IMG/VR virus record: IMGVR_UViG_3300048854_000072
Span: 1-32,056 of that record
Origin: a virus
Lineage: Duplodnaviria; Caudoviricetes
Direction: 5' to 3' (one strand)
Length of the DNA stretch: 32,056 nt
Made by a program: the position numbers and the translations under genes. The notes below the pieces were generated by a model, which was not told the origin of the DNA, did no database searches, and saw nothing but the letters and a program-made list of their open reading frames with translations. The stretch's first letter is position 1. Each line of letters starts with the position of its first letter. This document shows, in pieces, positions 8,301 to 17,248 of this stretch.

Positions 8301-10450
8301 GCACCGCCCTTGTACTGCGCGTCGAGCACCTTGCGTGCACTCTCCACCGCCGACAGTTCCTGTGCAAGCGCATCTTTAACGGCCTGCACTTCGCCCGTGA
8401 GCTCGGCACGATCGACGAGCCCCGTGCCGCTTTTGCGCCCGGTCCTGTCCTTGTCCTTATCGTTGATCTTCTGTTCGTCGGCGAGCTGCTGCTCCGGCCT
8501 CAGATTAAGCGCAGCCGTCTTGTCCAGATACTCATTGACCGCCTTGACGCGCTTTTCGGCTGGCGTTGCAAACTGCTCGTTCCACGTTGCATACCACCGC
8601 TTCGCGTCGATCAGCTGCTGCTGTTGCTCGCTTTGCGACGCCTTGTCGCGGGCAGCCTTCACGGCGGCATCGCGCGCGGCGATGGCCTTCTGCAGATCGG
8701 CCTCGTCGTCGGCGTCCCAGGTGCCGAGCGGATTTCGCGCCTGTTTGTTGGCCAGCATGCGTGCAACGACTTCAGCCGGCCCGGCGGTCGCACCGAACGA
8801 ACCAACGGCCTCGATCGCGCCGTTGATCATGCTCCTGATATCCCGCCAGCCGGCGAGAATGATGCCCTCGTTGCGCGCGATCTCGCCCGTGCGTTCGTCC
8901 ATCGCCTTCGAGAACGCCTCGACGGCAATCTGTGCAGCGCCGGTCGCATCGCCCTGCTTCTCAAGCGCCGCGATCTGGTCGTACGTCGACGCGGTCAGAT
9001 AGTGATACTGGTCGTTCAGCGCAACCGACGCTTTCACCGGGTCTTCCGCGAGCCTGGTGAAATCGTCCACCATCTGCTTGACCGAGATCGACGTGTACGT
9101 CGCCGCATCGGCCGTTGTACGCCCGAGGTCCGCAATTTCCTGCCCGGTCAGCCGCCCGGTTGCCGCCAGCGCCGTCACGGCCTGCGCAGCGGTGTCAAAG
9201 GTTGCTCCGCCGGCTGTCGCGGCCTGTGCCATGCCGCGCAGTTCCTCCGTCGTGACGCCGGCATAATCGCCAGTCATGACGAGCGCCTCGTTCATCGCGG
9301 CGTTCTGTTCGGACACCTTGTACATCGCTGCACCGGCCAGCAGGATCGGCGCCGCGATCGCCGCAACTGCGAGCCCTGCGCCGGAAGTCGCGACTTCCAT
9401 CAGGTCCATGCGCTCGGCGAGCACCATCAGCGATCCGCCGAAGTTGCTCCAGCTACCCGTCGCAGCCTCGTGCGCAAGCACGATCACTTCCCTGCGCGCG
9501 CCCGCTGTCTTGAGCCCGAAACCTTCGACAGCAGCGCCGGCTGCCTGCGCGCCGGCCGCGACCGACGTCAGCGCCTGGCGACTGGTCGCAATGTCCGCCA
9601 TCGCCCGCTTGAAGTCCGCCGAGGCCAGTGCGCCCGAGCGGAACGACGCCTCGAGCTGCGCCTCCTGCTGCGCGAGTTGACGAAGAGCAACGCTCGCCTG
9701 GTCCGCCTTGATGCCGTTGAGCGCTCGCTCATAATCTGCCGCAGAGACTGCGCCCGACCTGAAGGCATCTTCGAGCAGTGCCTGATCAGATTCAAGCTTT
9801 CGCGTGGCAGCGCCGAGGGGATCGTACTTCGCCGTGAGTGCTGCGAGTGACTTCGAGCGCGCATCCTCATCCTTGCCGATGGCAGCAAGCGCCGCGTCGT
9901 ATTCCTGCATCGACAGCTTGCCCGTCGCCATCGCGCGATCGAGACGCGCATACTGGTCGCCGATGGTCGCGAAGCTCGAGCCGCCTTGAGCAAGCGTCGA
10001 CCTCAACGCCTGCATTTCGTCATTCATCGCGACCGTCGCACGCTGCGCGTCGATCATCGACTGCGTTTGCGCCGCAACATTGGCGCGTACCTGGTCTGCC
10101 GATACGCCCACCGTACTGATACTACTCGTGGCACTCTGCGAAGCCGACGACAACTGCACCATCGCCTGCTGCGCCTCCAGCGAGCGCGCGACCATATCCT
10201 TGATCCGAGCGGCGGCCTGCGCCTCGGCATCGGCCAGCAGCGTCGTGCTGCTGGCGAGTCCTGCGCCGGACGCGCTTGCCGCCTGCATCGCAGCAGCCAG
10301 ATCCTTCGCGCCAAACGAACCCGCCGAAAGTGCCGCGCCAATCTGCGCGGCAGTCGTGGCGGTCCGGTTCTGGCTTTCGGTCAGTTCGGCCAGATACTGC
10401 GTCGAATCGAGCGTCAGGGTGACGTTAATGGCTCCGGCCGAAACTCCCAT
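5327..10450 (-). CDS. Tail tape measure protein (lambda-family)
   Basis: About 1707 aa, Ala/Gln-rich helical; DPVKAS..LNDQYHYLT motif, Gly-rich hydrophobic segment, C-terminal HASGL..VPFDGY.AELH.GERVL; follows the tail chaperones. Confidence 0.95.
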   Translation of the reverse strand: MGVSAGAINVTLTLDSTQYLAELTESQNRTATTAAQIGAALSAGSFGAKDLAAAMQAASASGAGLASSTTLLADAEAQAAARIKDMVARSLEAQQAMVQLSSASQSATSSISTVGVSADQVRANVAAQTQSMIDAQRATVAMNDEMQALRSTLAQGGSSFATIGDQYARLDRAMATGKLSMQEYDAALAAIGKDEDARSKSLAALTAKYDPLGAATRKLESDQALLEDAFRSGAVSAADYERALNGIKADQASVALRQLAQQEAQLEASFRSGALASADFKRAMADIATSRQALTSVAAGAQAAGAAVEGFGLKTAGARREVIVLAHEAATGSWSNFGGSLMVLAERMDLMEVATSGAGLAVAAIAAPILLAGAAMYKVSEQNAAMNEALVMTGDYAGVTTEELRGMAQAATAGGATFDTAAQAVTALAATGRLTGQEIADLGRTTADAATYTSISVKQMVDDFTRLAEDPVKASVALNDQYHYLTASTYDQIAALEKQGDATGAAQIAVEAFSKAMDERTGEIARNEGIILAGWRDIRSMINGAIEAVGSFGATAGPAEVVARMLANKQARNPLGTWDADDEADLQKAIAARDAAVKAARDKASQSEQQQQLIDAKRWYATWNEQFATPAEKRVKAVNEYLDKTAALNLRPEQQLADEQKINDKDKDRTGRKSGTGLVDRAELTGEVQAVKDALAQELSAVESARKVLDAQYKGGALSITDYYTLDRNLLAQAATDHIDAANREAALIAQGMNNRNLSAVQRAQLANQERKALADGGKAVEEFFQKVAQSAAQEDEVWDKYGTSQLDAMQKQIDSANQQGQSLRDQIDTFGMTKSAIDDLRASRADDTVAALEQGRAIALLQGNLADTNSWDEAIAKAKSLSTALHGVASDQATLDDLAQAKKQQDDLVKSWQSTIDGIGTDFHNGFLQMLTDGKNGWSSFTKSLKNTFETTVVDELYKSFAKPFVISVIAQIAGIAGGSGVQSSILQNNGMGGGNGTLNNLLSNPYGTYNNLSNGYNTVMGWIQGYGGASTALGASAIAGASTGALSGGGVLLGGLGGGIGGDVAASAGGYASALGSNAYGFTAGEAGSGLGSTLGSSGGLMYGGAGLLGGLAGGALFGNKGYSNLGGSLGAMGGLAIGASSALAGTAIGASLGSLAGPIGAVVGMVLGSLVGSFIGGGETRYGADYTIDSNDNITKVRGPSGGDPAATDVQASIKNTYDSIKSLASQLGGSIDGLGQYSATYEISPQKGNSFVAAGFGDLDTDVNRQDLNGVKDSTTVLNDFSLQLQRSVIDSLQKANLDTPYAAVLQGVDASTLSADDITSLLSELSSLKSLFDSIQKMGDDFNNLKNASVDAQTAVLNLAGGVDSFNTSATFFYQHFTSAAQQADDASKSVTDQLAALGYSGIHTRDQFRDLVESLDLSTAAGQQAYVSLLALAPAFDNVVSSYESAVASAYSTQSQALQSFRDQVDQFRQSLTTGDLSTASPEQQYAETRQRFEDLYGKAIGGDATAQAGLTSAAQDFLNASKAYNASSGQYQSDLAEVMQSMDYASSSVDAQLDQLKEMVKGIVDVNTSVQSVAEAIASLQAWTSVNGSHASGLYRVPFDGYIAELHAGERVLTANEARSLDSRLPAMQAVDFTRYQSSANDPLLQELKALREQNAKQAEAIAKLLAAQLQQADAIARDGSEKMDQQTAVLQQQRRPGQT

Positions 10451-10483
10451 AGTACATTTCCCCAGAAGCGCCCGCCGGCGCAA

Positions 10484-10876
10484 TTACGTTCGTGACGCGC
10501 GGGCCGAAAAAACATCGAGCGCCGCGCGCTCCATCACGCGCACCGCATCAAACAGCTCGCGGTGACGCTTTCTTTTAAAGCCAAACATGCGAAACACTGA
10601 CTCGACTGCGGAGTAGTCGAGCCCCTCATAAAAGACGCCGCCACCACTCAACGATGAGACGACCGATTTCTTCCACTGCGTGCCGAGTGAGGTAAAGACC
10701 TCCACCGCGTCCCAGTTTTCCGGCAGGACTTCGAAGTCGTCCTCACCGGGACACGACCGTGCCACCTCGACCACATCAGCAGGTGCGCCGAACGCCGCGA
10801 GCGCATCGGCGACGTCGGCGTCTACGGCAAAGTCGTTTCGCCGCTCTCCCGCCCAATAGCGGGCGGCGTCCGTTAG
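10484..10876 (-). CDS. Tail assembly chaperone T segment (DUF1799-like), reached by -1 frameshift as a G-T fusion
   Basis: Open -1 frame from the slippery site reads LTDAARYWAGE...PENWDAVEVF..LGTQW...GLDYSAV...VRVMERAAL. Confidence 0.85.
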   Translation of the reverse strand, partial: LTDAARYWAGERRNDFAVDADVADALAAFGAPADVVEVARSCPGEDDFEVLPENWDAVEVFTSLGTQWKKSVVSSLSGGGVFYEGLDYSAVESVFRMFGFKRKRHRELFDAVRVMERAALDVFSARASRT

Positions 10877-11202
10877 TTTTTTTCCGGCAGCGCCACGTTG
10901 GCCCGCACATATTCCTGCGACAGTTGCCGCACACGATGCGGATCAGCGATCAACGCATCGAAATTCTCCGGGGAATATTCGATCGGGCCGTCGCTGCCCA
11001 GCACCTCACCACTCGGCCAGCCGACAATCACTTTCCTGAGCAGGTCGGCTTGGGACTCCTTGATGAGCTCCTGAAACTCCGGCTCATCGACGCGACGCAC
11101 AATCAGCGTTATCGCGGACTCGACGACTTCACCGCTTTCAGCGATTTCGCGCAGCTTGAACTTCCATTTGAAGGTATTGCTGCGGGCGAGAACGATCGGC
11201 AT
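10873..11202 (-). CDS. Tail assembly chaperone G
   Basis: 109 aa between tail tube and tape measure genes; VIVGW..V.G.DG motif; ends EKN-stop at the slippery site; AAGGAG RBS. Confidence 0.88.
   Translation of the reverse strand: MPIVLARSNTFKWKFKLREIAESGEVVESAITLIVRRVDEPEFQELIKESQADLLRKVIVGWPSGEVLGSDGPIEYSPENFDALIADPHRVRQLSQEYVRANVALPEKN
10876..10882 (-). other. Programmed -1 ribosomal frameshift slippery site A AAA AAC
   Basis: CCG GAA AAA AAC TAA at the end of chaperone G; the -1 frame is open into the downstream ORF. Confidence 0.85.
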
Positions 11203-11218
11203 GAAACTCTCCTTGAAT

Positions 11219-11246
11219 AAAAAATGGGCCGCCATAAGGCGACCCG
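11219..11246 (-). terminator. Terminator-like hairpin after the tail tube gene
   Basis: Minus strand GGGTCGCC-TTAT-GGCGGCCC followed by A and 6 T. Confidence 0.7.
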
Positions 11247-11281
11247 CGTCACTGCGATGTGAATCGAAAAAGTTACTTTGC

Positions 11282-12211
11282 TCAGGTGAGTGCGATCGAG
11301 ATTTCGTCGTTACCGAGCAGCGTGTTGAACGTGAGCGTCGCCGAGAGACTGGCGATGCCGCTGTTGTCCGTATAGGACGGCGATGTGAGTTGCACAGCGG
11401 GCGCCGCAATGGTCACGATGTTGCCGGCCGTCCTGCCATGCTGCAGCGACAGGGGAAGGTTCTGCGCGCCCGCGATCGAGCTCCAGTAATCCTTGTCGCT
11501 CACGCGCGCGAGCTCGAACACGACGTTGCCGGTCGGCTTGCGATCAGTGATCAACGCGCCCGCCGCGCTTGGCAGGCTGCGATAGGTGACCGTGTTGGCC
11601 AGATCGGCGGTGAACGCATTGAGAACGGCTGAATAACCGGCCAGCGTGAAAGCGGGCGTATTCTCGTTGTTGACCACCAGCGGGTCCCTGAACTTCGAGA
11701 AGTCCGGCGTCGGAATCGCCTGATCGATGACCGGCACATAGTCGCCGGTGAATTTGAATTTGAACTTCGGCACCGCGTTCGACGTGAGGTCGAGCGACAC
11801 CGTGCCGAACGCATTCGTGAGCTTGTGCAGCAATCCGTCGAGGTAGTAGTAAATCGTCGCCGGCAAGGGATCGTCGCTGACCGGGTGATAGGTGACGCTG
11901 GTGTCGGCAACCACTGTCGATGCAAACGAGCAGGCGAGCAACAAAGGCTCCCATGCAGGTGCCTCGCCAGCCGTACCGCCGCCTGCGATTTCGACGCTGA
12001 ACGACAATTCGGCGTGCTTTTCCGACACAAGTTGCTGGTCGTTGCCGAGATAGCCCTTCACGTTGTTACGCTGCGCGTATTGCGCAGCAATCGGCGTCGA
12101 GCTGACGTCACTGACGAGCATCGCATCGTCGGCGCCGGTCGGAACACCGGGAATGCCGATTGCCGTCTGCAGCACGGCGAGAACCACTGTCTTGCGGGTA
12201 CGCTTGGTCAT
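11282..12211 (-). CDS. Major tail tube protein
   Basis: 309 aa, beta-rich; EIAGGGTAGEAPAW..LL.AC and HG.TAGNIV motifs; directly upstream of the chaperone pair. Confidence 0.85.
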   Translation of the reverse strand: MTKRTRKTVVLAVLQTAIGIPGVPTGADDAMLVSDVSSTPIAAQYAQRNNVKGYLGNDQQLVSEKHAELSFSVEIAGGGTAGEAPAWEPLLLACSFASTVVADTSVTYHPVSDDPLPATIYYYLDGLLHKLTNAFGTVSLDLTSNAVPKFKFKFTGDYVPVIDQAIPTPDFSKFRDPLVVNNENTPAFTLAGYSAVLNAFTADLANTVTYRSLPSAAGALITDRKPTGNVVFELARVSDKDYWSSIAGAQNLPLSLQHGRTAGNIVTIAAPAVQLTSPSYTDNSGIASLSATLTFNTLLGNDEISIALT

Positions 12212-12266
12212 GAGCCTGATTCCTGTGTGAATGTGAAAAGGCGACACGCTGTCCGGCTCGCCTGAC

Positions 12267-12698
12267 CTATGCAGTCAGGCTGTTCGACCGCGTTCGATAC
12301 GTGTAGAGGTAATGGACTGTCCGGAGACACGACTCGCCGTCGACGTTGGCGAAGATGGGTGGGTCCGTCTGCCCTTCGTCGCTGCCGATCAGCGCCGGTG
12401 CGTCGAAATCCATGATGATCGGATGGGCCAGCTCGAGCACGCTGTCGGCCGCCTGATCCGGCGTCGTGTCGCGCGTGATGACCGTGCAAAGGATTTCGGT
12501 CTGTCGCGTTGCAAAGCCAATTGCGGATCGATCAGGCGGTGCATCGGCGCCCAGATGCAGGATCAGTGCGAGCGTGTGCTGCGCATCGAGCGCATCCACG
12601 ATGGAACGGCCGACCTGCACGTTGAGCTGCTGCATGCCGGGGTCGGCCGCCATCAGATCGAGTAACGCGCCGACGTACTGCTCGCGAAGTGTGGTCAT
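12267..12698 (-). CDS. Tail terminator/completion protein (gpU-like position)
   Basis: 143 aa, acidic, immediately upstream of the tail tube; ATGA-coupled; C-terminal Y.Y.YRT strand. Confidence 0.7.
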   Translation of the reverse strand: MTTLREQYVGALLDLMAADPGMQQLNVQVGRSIVDALDAQHTLALILHLGADAPPDRSAIGFATRQTEILCTVITRDTTPDQAADSVLELAHPIIMDFDAPALIGSDEGQTDPPIFANVDGESCLRTVHYLYTYRTRSNSLTA

Positions 12699-13006
12699 AG
12701 GCGTTTAAGGGGAGCAAAGCTGAAAATACCTGCCTCATCCTTCGGGCGCCCCGCTCGCGTCACCTCGTAACGACGGCCAGCGATCTGGATCACCGCCTGT
12801 TTCGGCAGGACCGGGACATCGGTCGTGCGGTATTCGATCCCGTAATCGACCGCCTGCGCCATGTTCTCCAGAATGTCGGAGCCAGGCTGCAGGAAGTCTG
12901 CCCAGAACGGTTTTGACACATCGGCACCGCTGATGACCGTGACTCCGGCCAGCATGCCGGCGTCGACGGCCGCATCGAACAGCGCCCCCAGATCGAAGTC
13001 GCTCAC
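12695..13006 (-). CDS. Head-tail joining protein (gpFII-like)
   Basis: GTGA overlap with the decoration gene stop gives 103 aa; I.IAGRRYEV motif; synteny. Confidence 0.75.
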   Translation of the reverse strand: MSDFDLGALFDAAVDAGMLAGVTVISGADVSKPFWADFLQPGSDILENMAQAVDYGIEYRTTDVPVLPKQAVIQIAGRRYEVTRAGRPKDEAGIFSFAPLKRL

Positions 13007-13332
13007 AGCCAGAGACGTACGGCAGCCGTTGCGTCGGCCGCTGCTTTCGGCGCAGCAAAATGGCCGATCGGGTCGTTGTTGGTCGCGGTGACCGTCGCCA
13101 CGTTGGCCGTCGAGTCCCAGTACGCCTTGTCGCCCACGACTGCCGTACCGGTCGTCGCGCTCGGCAGCGCATAGACGCCGCCCGTGTCGTACTCGCCTTC
13201 GGTGTTGGCGGCGTACGTACCCGCAGCGACTGCCGGCACCTTGCCATTGCCGAGCAGAACCAGCTGGCCGGAGACGACCGCGGCGGCCAGCGTCGCAGCG
13301 AGCGTGGTGCCCTTTTGAATGAAGTTGTTCAT
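13003..13332 (-). CDS. Capsid cement/decoration protein (DUF2190-like)
   Basis: MNNFIQKG..., VVSGQLV, GVYALP, GDKAYWD motifs; directly after the capsid gene. Confidence 0.88.
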   Translation of the reverse strand: MNNFIQKGTTLAATLAAAVVSGQLVLLGNGKVPAVAAGTYAANTEGEYDTGGVYALPSATTGTAVVGDKAYWDSTANVATVTATNNDPIGHFAAPKAAADATAAVRLWL

Positions 13333-13381
13333 AGATCAGTGCCCTCTGAAGTGGACGGATGCAAAGTGGAAGGATGCAGAC

Positions 13382-13404
13382 TGTGCCGGCGTCATGCCGG
13401 CACA
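13382..13404. terminator. Hairpin after the capsid gene (terminator or mRNA-stabilising stem)
   Basis: Perfect TGTGCCGGC-GTCAT-GCCGGCACA; no clear T tail. Confidence 0.45.
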
Positions 13405-13413
13405 CACGACGCC

Positions 13414-15477
13414 TTACTGGCCCGGATTCTTGAACAGACCGCGCCAGTCGATTGCCTTCGCCGCGAAGTCGAGCCGCGCCTTGACCTTCAGGCCGTCGAC
13501 GTCGAAATCGAGGTCCTGCTCGGTGTAGAGCCCCTGCTCGCCTTCGAGGTAGCAGTACTCGATCGTGTCGATTGCTGCCGGGTCCGCCGCGAGATACCAG
13601 GACGTTGTGCTGATGGCATCGAGGCGCGGCTCGACGACCGGGGTGAGCGTGCTGTAGAACGGGTTCTGCTGGTTCGCCTGATTCGGCACATACTGGTTGC
13701 TGGTCATCTGGCCAGCCGTGGTCTCCAGCGCGGCCGGCACCAGCAGGAATTTGGGCGCACCGTTCAGCGGCGTGCCGTCGCCCGGCGATTTCTGCGTGCG
13801 CATCGCGGTACGCCCTGCCGAAAGCGTATCGATCGCGATTGCGCCACCAGCACCGAGATTGCCGTGCTGCGCGTGGAACAACGGCTTGCCGTCCGACATC
13901 GCGGCGTTGCCCGTCAGGGCGCCATACACCACATCCGATTCCAGGTTTGCAGCGGAGCGGCCGAAGTACGTCGGGACGCGCTGCAGCGCCGAGAGATCGT
14001 CATTGATGATCATCTGGCGGGTGAAGTTGATGATCTTCCCGTACGAGCCGAGCTGGATCACTTCGCCGCCGTCGATCAGCCTGCCGTATTTGTATTCGCC
14101 GGATTCGTTGACCTTCTCCAGCTTCAGCGCACCGTCGACCATCACACGCGTGGCCGGGCGGAAATCGGTCAGCGTGCCCTGACGCGCCCAGCTCGTGAAC
14201 GAACGCGGCGCAGCGCTGTATGCGTCACGCAGCGTGCGGTTGATCACGTTGCCGAACACGATCGGCAGATCCGAGGTCGAGTTGTAGCCGGCACGGGTCA
14301 GACCCAGCGCCATACCAGCGAGCTGGCGAAGCTCCATGCCGCGCGTATCGACGCCGACTGCCTCCAGGCCTTCGCGACACATCTCGCGCAGCGTCATGCC
14401 GCGATACTGGCGGGCCGCGTCATTGAGTTCCTGACGCGGATTCACGCGATGCATCACTGCGTCCGTCATTGCGGCACGGCGCACATCGGCCTCGTCGGTC
14501 ATCGTCACGATGTTCGACGCGCCCCGCTGCGGATTCGCGTTCGAGCGCTCGGCCTGCAAACGCAGGATTTCCGCGCGTGCGGCGTCGATCGTCACCCCGC
14601 GTTCGATGAAACCGTTCAGCAGCTCGTCCTGATTGTCGAGCACGCTCGCGCGAACCGCCGTGCGCAGATCCATCATGCGCTGGCGTTCTGCCGCTGCACC
14701 TTCGTTGCGGGCGGCTTCGCTTTGGGCCGCCGCTGCAGCGTTTCGTGCCGCCTCCGGGGTATCCGGACCGGACGGATTGGCGGGGGTTTGAGGTTCGTTT
14801 TCACCGGGCATCACAGCTCCTTGGTTAAGTTGCGAGGCGCGTGCCCCGTCAGAAGAAGCCCCTGCGCTTCGCTCGACGAATTCGCAGGGGAAAAAGCGTT
14901 GGTCAGGCGAGCCGCCTGCATTGCGCACCGTGGCGTTCGGGTCGGCCGGGATGGAAACCAGCGAGATTTCGTACGGCTCCCAGTCGGTCGCGCGATAGAT
15001 CCACTGGTCATTGCCTTCCTGGCCGGGCGCGATCATGTCGTACCGGTACGTCCGGTAGCCGAAAGAGATGTTGCGGAGAATGCCGTCCTGCACGTCCTGG
15101 AAATACGGCTGCACGGCATCACGCGATGAGAAGCGCAGCTGCGCCTGGCCGGTACTGCTTGCACTATCGAGCGACGCGCTGGACACGACGCCGAGCACCG
15201 AATCGAGACCACCCCAGCGGTCGTGATCGTTCAGTACCGGCGCATTGCCGGACCGCAGGCGATCCATCCGGACGGCCCCCGGATCCGTGCTCAGCTCTTC
15301 CAAATAGGTGCGATCGCGCATCCAGTCGTAACGCTGCACCTGTGCGCCGGCTGTCCAGGTGACATCCACCGTGCGGTTTTGCGCATCGACAGTTCCAACT
15401 GGTTGCAGACGCGTTTGAAGCGGCATCGCCGACGGTGCACCGGCACCGCCGCGACGACCATTAACGGGTTCGGGCAT
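13414..15477 (-). CDS. Prohead protease-scaffold-major capsid protein fusion
   Basis: HK97-type protease motifs (PVLNDH, GILRNISFGY, WEPYEISLVSIPADPNA), then a linker/scaffold and capsid motifs (STSDLP, DFRP, V.E.GEYK, TRQMIINDDL, RLDFAAKAIDWRG). Confidence 0.93.
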   Translation of the reverse strand: MPEPVNGRRGGAGAPSAMPLQTRLQPVGTVDAQNRTVDVTWTAGAQVQRYDWMRDRTYLEELSTDPGAVRMDRLRSGNAPVLNDHDRWGGLDSVLGVVSSASLDSASSTGQAQLRFSSRDAVQPYFQDVQDGILRNISFGYRTYRYDMIAPGQEGNDQWIYRATDWEPYEISLVSIPADPNATVRNAGGSPDQRFFPCEFVERSAGASSDGARASQLNQGAVMPGENEPQTPANPSGPDTPEAARNAAAAAQSEAARNEGAAAERQRMMDLRTAVRASVLDNQDELLNGFIERGVTIDAARAEILRLQAERSNANPQRGASNIVTMTDEADVRRAAMTDAVMHRVNPRQELNDAARQYRGMTLREMCREGLEAVGVDTRGMELRQLAGMALGLTRAGYNSTSDLPIVFGNVINRTLRDAYSAAPRSFTSWARQGTLTDFRPATRVMVDGALKLEKVNESGEYKYGRLIDGGEVIQLGSYGKIINFTRQMIINDDLSALQRVPTYFGRSAANLESDVVYGALTGNAAMSDGKPLFHAQHGNLGAGGAIAIDTLSAGRTAMRTQKSPGDGTPLNGAPKFLLVPAALETTAGQMTSNQYVPNQANQQNPFYSTLTPVVEPRLDAISTTSWYLAADPAAIDTIEYCYLEGEQGLYTEQDLDFDVDGLKVKARLDFAAKAIDWRGLFKNPGQ

Positions 15478-15492
15478 GGTTCACTCCAATGG

Positions 15493-15520
15493 GAAACGCC
15501 CGCATGGGAGCGGGCGTTTC
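15493..15520. terminator. Hairpin between portal and protease-capsid genes
   Basis: Perfect 11-bp stem GAAACGCCCGC-ATGGGA-GCGGGCGTTTC. Confidence 0.55.
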
Positions 15521-15540
15521 AGAGTTTTCAAAGTTGCTTT

Positions 15541-15582
15541 GCGACGACTACTGCGGCAACTGTTGCGGCAACTACTGCGGCA
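15541..15582. repeat. 12-bp tandem repeat, about 3.5 copies, spanning the portal stop codon
   Basis: GCGACGACTACT GCGGCAACTGTT GCGGCAACTACT GCGGCA. Confidence 0.7.
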
Positions 15583-17041
15583 CCGCCGAGAGGATCTGCT
15601 CCAGCCGGTCGAGAACGTCGTGCGCCGATTTCGCATCGAGAGAACGACCCGAAATGGGCACCTCGATTGCCAGCGAATCCGCATTGATTTCGGCATCGAC
15701 TTCGTCCGGATCTTCGCCAAGATCGCGAATGCTCTGATGCCGGCTCTTCAGACGGGCGTCGATCAGCGCGATGATGCCGTTCGCTTCGCGCAATGGGTCG
15801 ATAAATTCAATGCGCTGCGGCGACCACGACACATCGGCCACCGGCTGTTTCGCCTTGCCGGCGAGATAGGCCGTCGACACGAAGCGGCTCGCGACCGCTT
15901 CGCAGAACATAGGAATGAAGATGAGCCACAGGTCCTGCTCGAGGAAACGCTTGAACTCCATTTTCCCCATGCGACCGCTGGTGAAATTGACCTGCGAATA
16001 ATCGCCGGTCAACTGCTCATACGTCGTGTCCGTGCCAGCCGCAATCGCGCGCAGGTCGACGCGTACATTCCCCTCATAGTCATTGCTGGTTGCTGGCGCG
16101 GAAAAATCAACGGTTTCACCCGGCCGCAGATACTCGACCATGCCAGGCGAGAGCGACTCCACACGACGAGGATCGCCAGGCGCAGATGCCGTCGTGCGCC
16201 CTACCTGAAAGCCTTCGTCGCTCGACGTGACGAAGGCCGCGAAACAGGCCTCGATCTTTTTGCGCACGAGCTCGGCGTCCTGATACTCGTCGAGGTCACG
16301 GGCTTTCCAGATCGCAGACGCGAGCCACGGGAACCCGCGCACCGCATTGGGCCGATCGATGGCATCGAACAGGTGGATGATCTCCGAAGCCGGCACAAAG
16401 CGACTCAGCATGTTGCGGGGCACCTGCGCCACTTCGCCGGGATGCTGATCGAACAGCCAGTAACCTGTGCGCTGGCCAATCATGTTGAACTGCACACCGG
16501 CCACAATGAACCCGCCGTCAACGGCGCCGACCTTCAGCGTGTCGAGAAAATCGATCTCCAGGATCTGCAACTGGAGCGGCACCTCCATGCCGTCCTGCGG
16601 CAGGCGCGTGCGAAACCTGAGCAGCACTTCGCCCGACTCCTTCAGGGCCTTGTATGCCTGCGCCTGCAGGCCATAAAAGTCCAGCAGCCCGCCGGCATCA
16701 CAGACCTTCACCCAGCGCTTCCAGAGCTTCTGCAGCGCCTTGTCGGTGAACTTGGCCTGCACGCCTGTGCCGATCGCATTGGCCACCAGGATCTTGAGCG
16801 CACGGCGAATGTGTGGGTTGTTACGCACCAGATCACGCGCGCGGTTGCGCAGGACGCCGAGCGCGGGTAGCACTTCCGCTGTCGAGCTTGCACCGGATGC
16901 ACGCCAACCCGCCGAGCGCGGCCCGCGCTTCGCGCCGTCGAAACCGCGCGCGGCATGGATCGACACACGCGCACGCATGCGTCGCGCGGCGATCCCCGGC
17001 GCCACGTACTCAATGGCTCTGTCAATAAAGTTTGTCTTCAT
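15572..17041 (-). CDS. Portal protein, lambda family
   Basis: LRNRARDLVRNN, LQLQILE.DFLD, RG.PWLA, YEQLTGDYSQVNFTSGR, IDPLRE motifs. Confidence 0.96.
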   Translation of the reverse strand: MKTNFIDRAIEYVAPGIAARRMRARVSIHAARGFDGAKRGPRSAGWRASGASSTAEVLPALGVLRNRARDLVRNNPHIRRALKILVANAIGTGVQAKFTDKALQKLWKRWVKVCDAGGLLDFYGLQAQAYKALKESGEVLLRFRTRLPQDGMEVPLQLQILEIDFLDTLKVGAVDGGFIVAGVQFNMIGQRTGYWLFDQHPGEVAQVPRNMLSRFVPASEIIHLFDAIDRPNAVRGFPWLASAIWKARDLDEYQDAELVRKKIEACFAAFVTSSDEGFQVGRTTASAPGDPRRVESLSPGMVEYLRPGETVDFSAPATSNDYEGNVRVDLRAIAAGTDTTYEQLTGDYSQVNFTSGRMGKMEFKRFLEQDLWLIFIPMFCEAVASRFVSTAYLAGKAKQPVADVSWSPQRIEFIDPLREANGIIALIDARLKSRHQSIRDLGEDPDEVDAEINADSLAIEVPISGRSLDAKSAHDVLDRLEQILSAVPQ

Positions 17042-17042
17042 G

Positions 17043-17246
17043 TCAGAACCGTTGATAAATGGCGATGCTGGATCGCGGTACGCCGGGCGATTGCTGCTTT
17101 GCCAGCTCGGTCTTGATCACATCGCGCGCCTTTAACAGGTCGCCCATGGAACGATAGGTGATGCGCTTGCCGTTGTATTCGACCGATAGCGTGCCGGTCG
17201 CAATGGCTTTCTCGATCGCGTCGAGATTCTGCTGGTTAAATGCCAT
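17043..17246 (-). CDS. Head completion protein, gpW-like
   Basis: 67 aa between terminase and portal; AIATG...VEYNGKRITYRS..DL motif; GAGG RBS. Confidence 0.88.
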   Translation of the reverse strand: MAFNQQNLDAIEKAIATGTLSVEYNGKRITYRSMGDLLKARDVIKTELAKQQSPGVPRSSIAIYQRF

Positions 17247-17248
17247 AT

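Noticed and set aside
13060-15129. 689-aa plus-strand ORF, and similar long ORFs at 8237-9850, 15476-16870, 17450-18523 and 23841-25052
   Set aside because: Antisense shadows of well-supported minus-strand genes in high-GC DNA; Arg/Val-rich and without recognisable motifs
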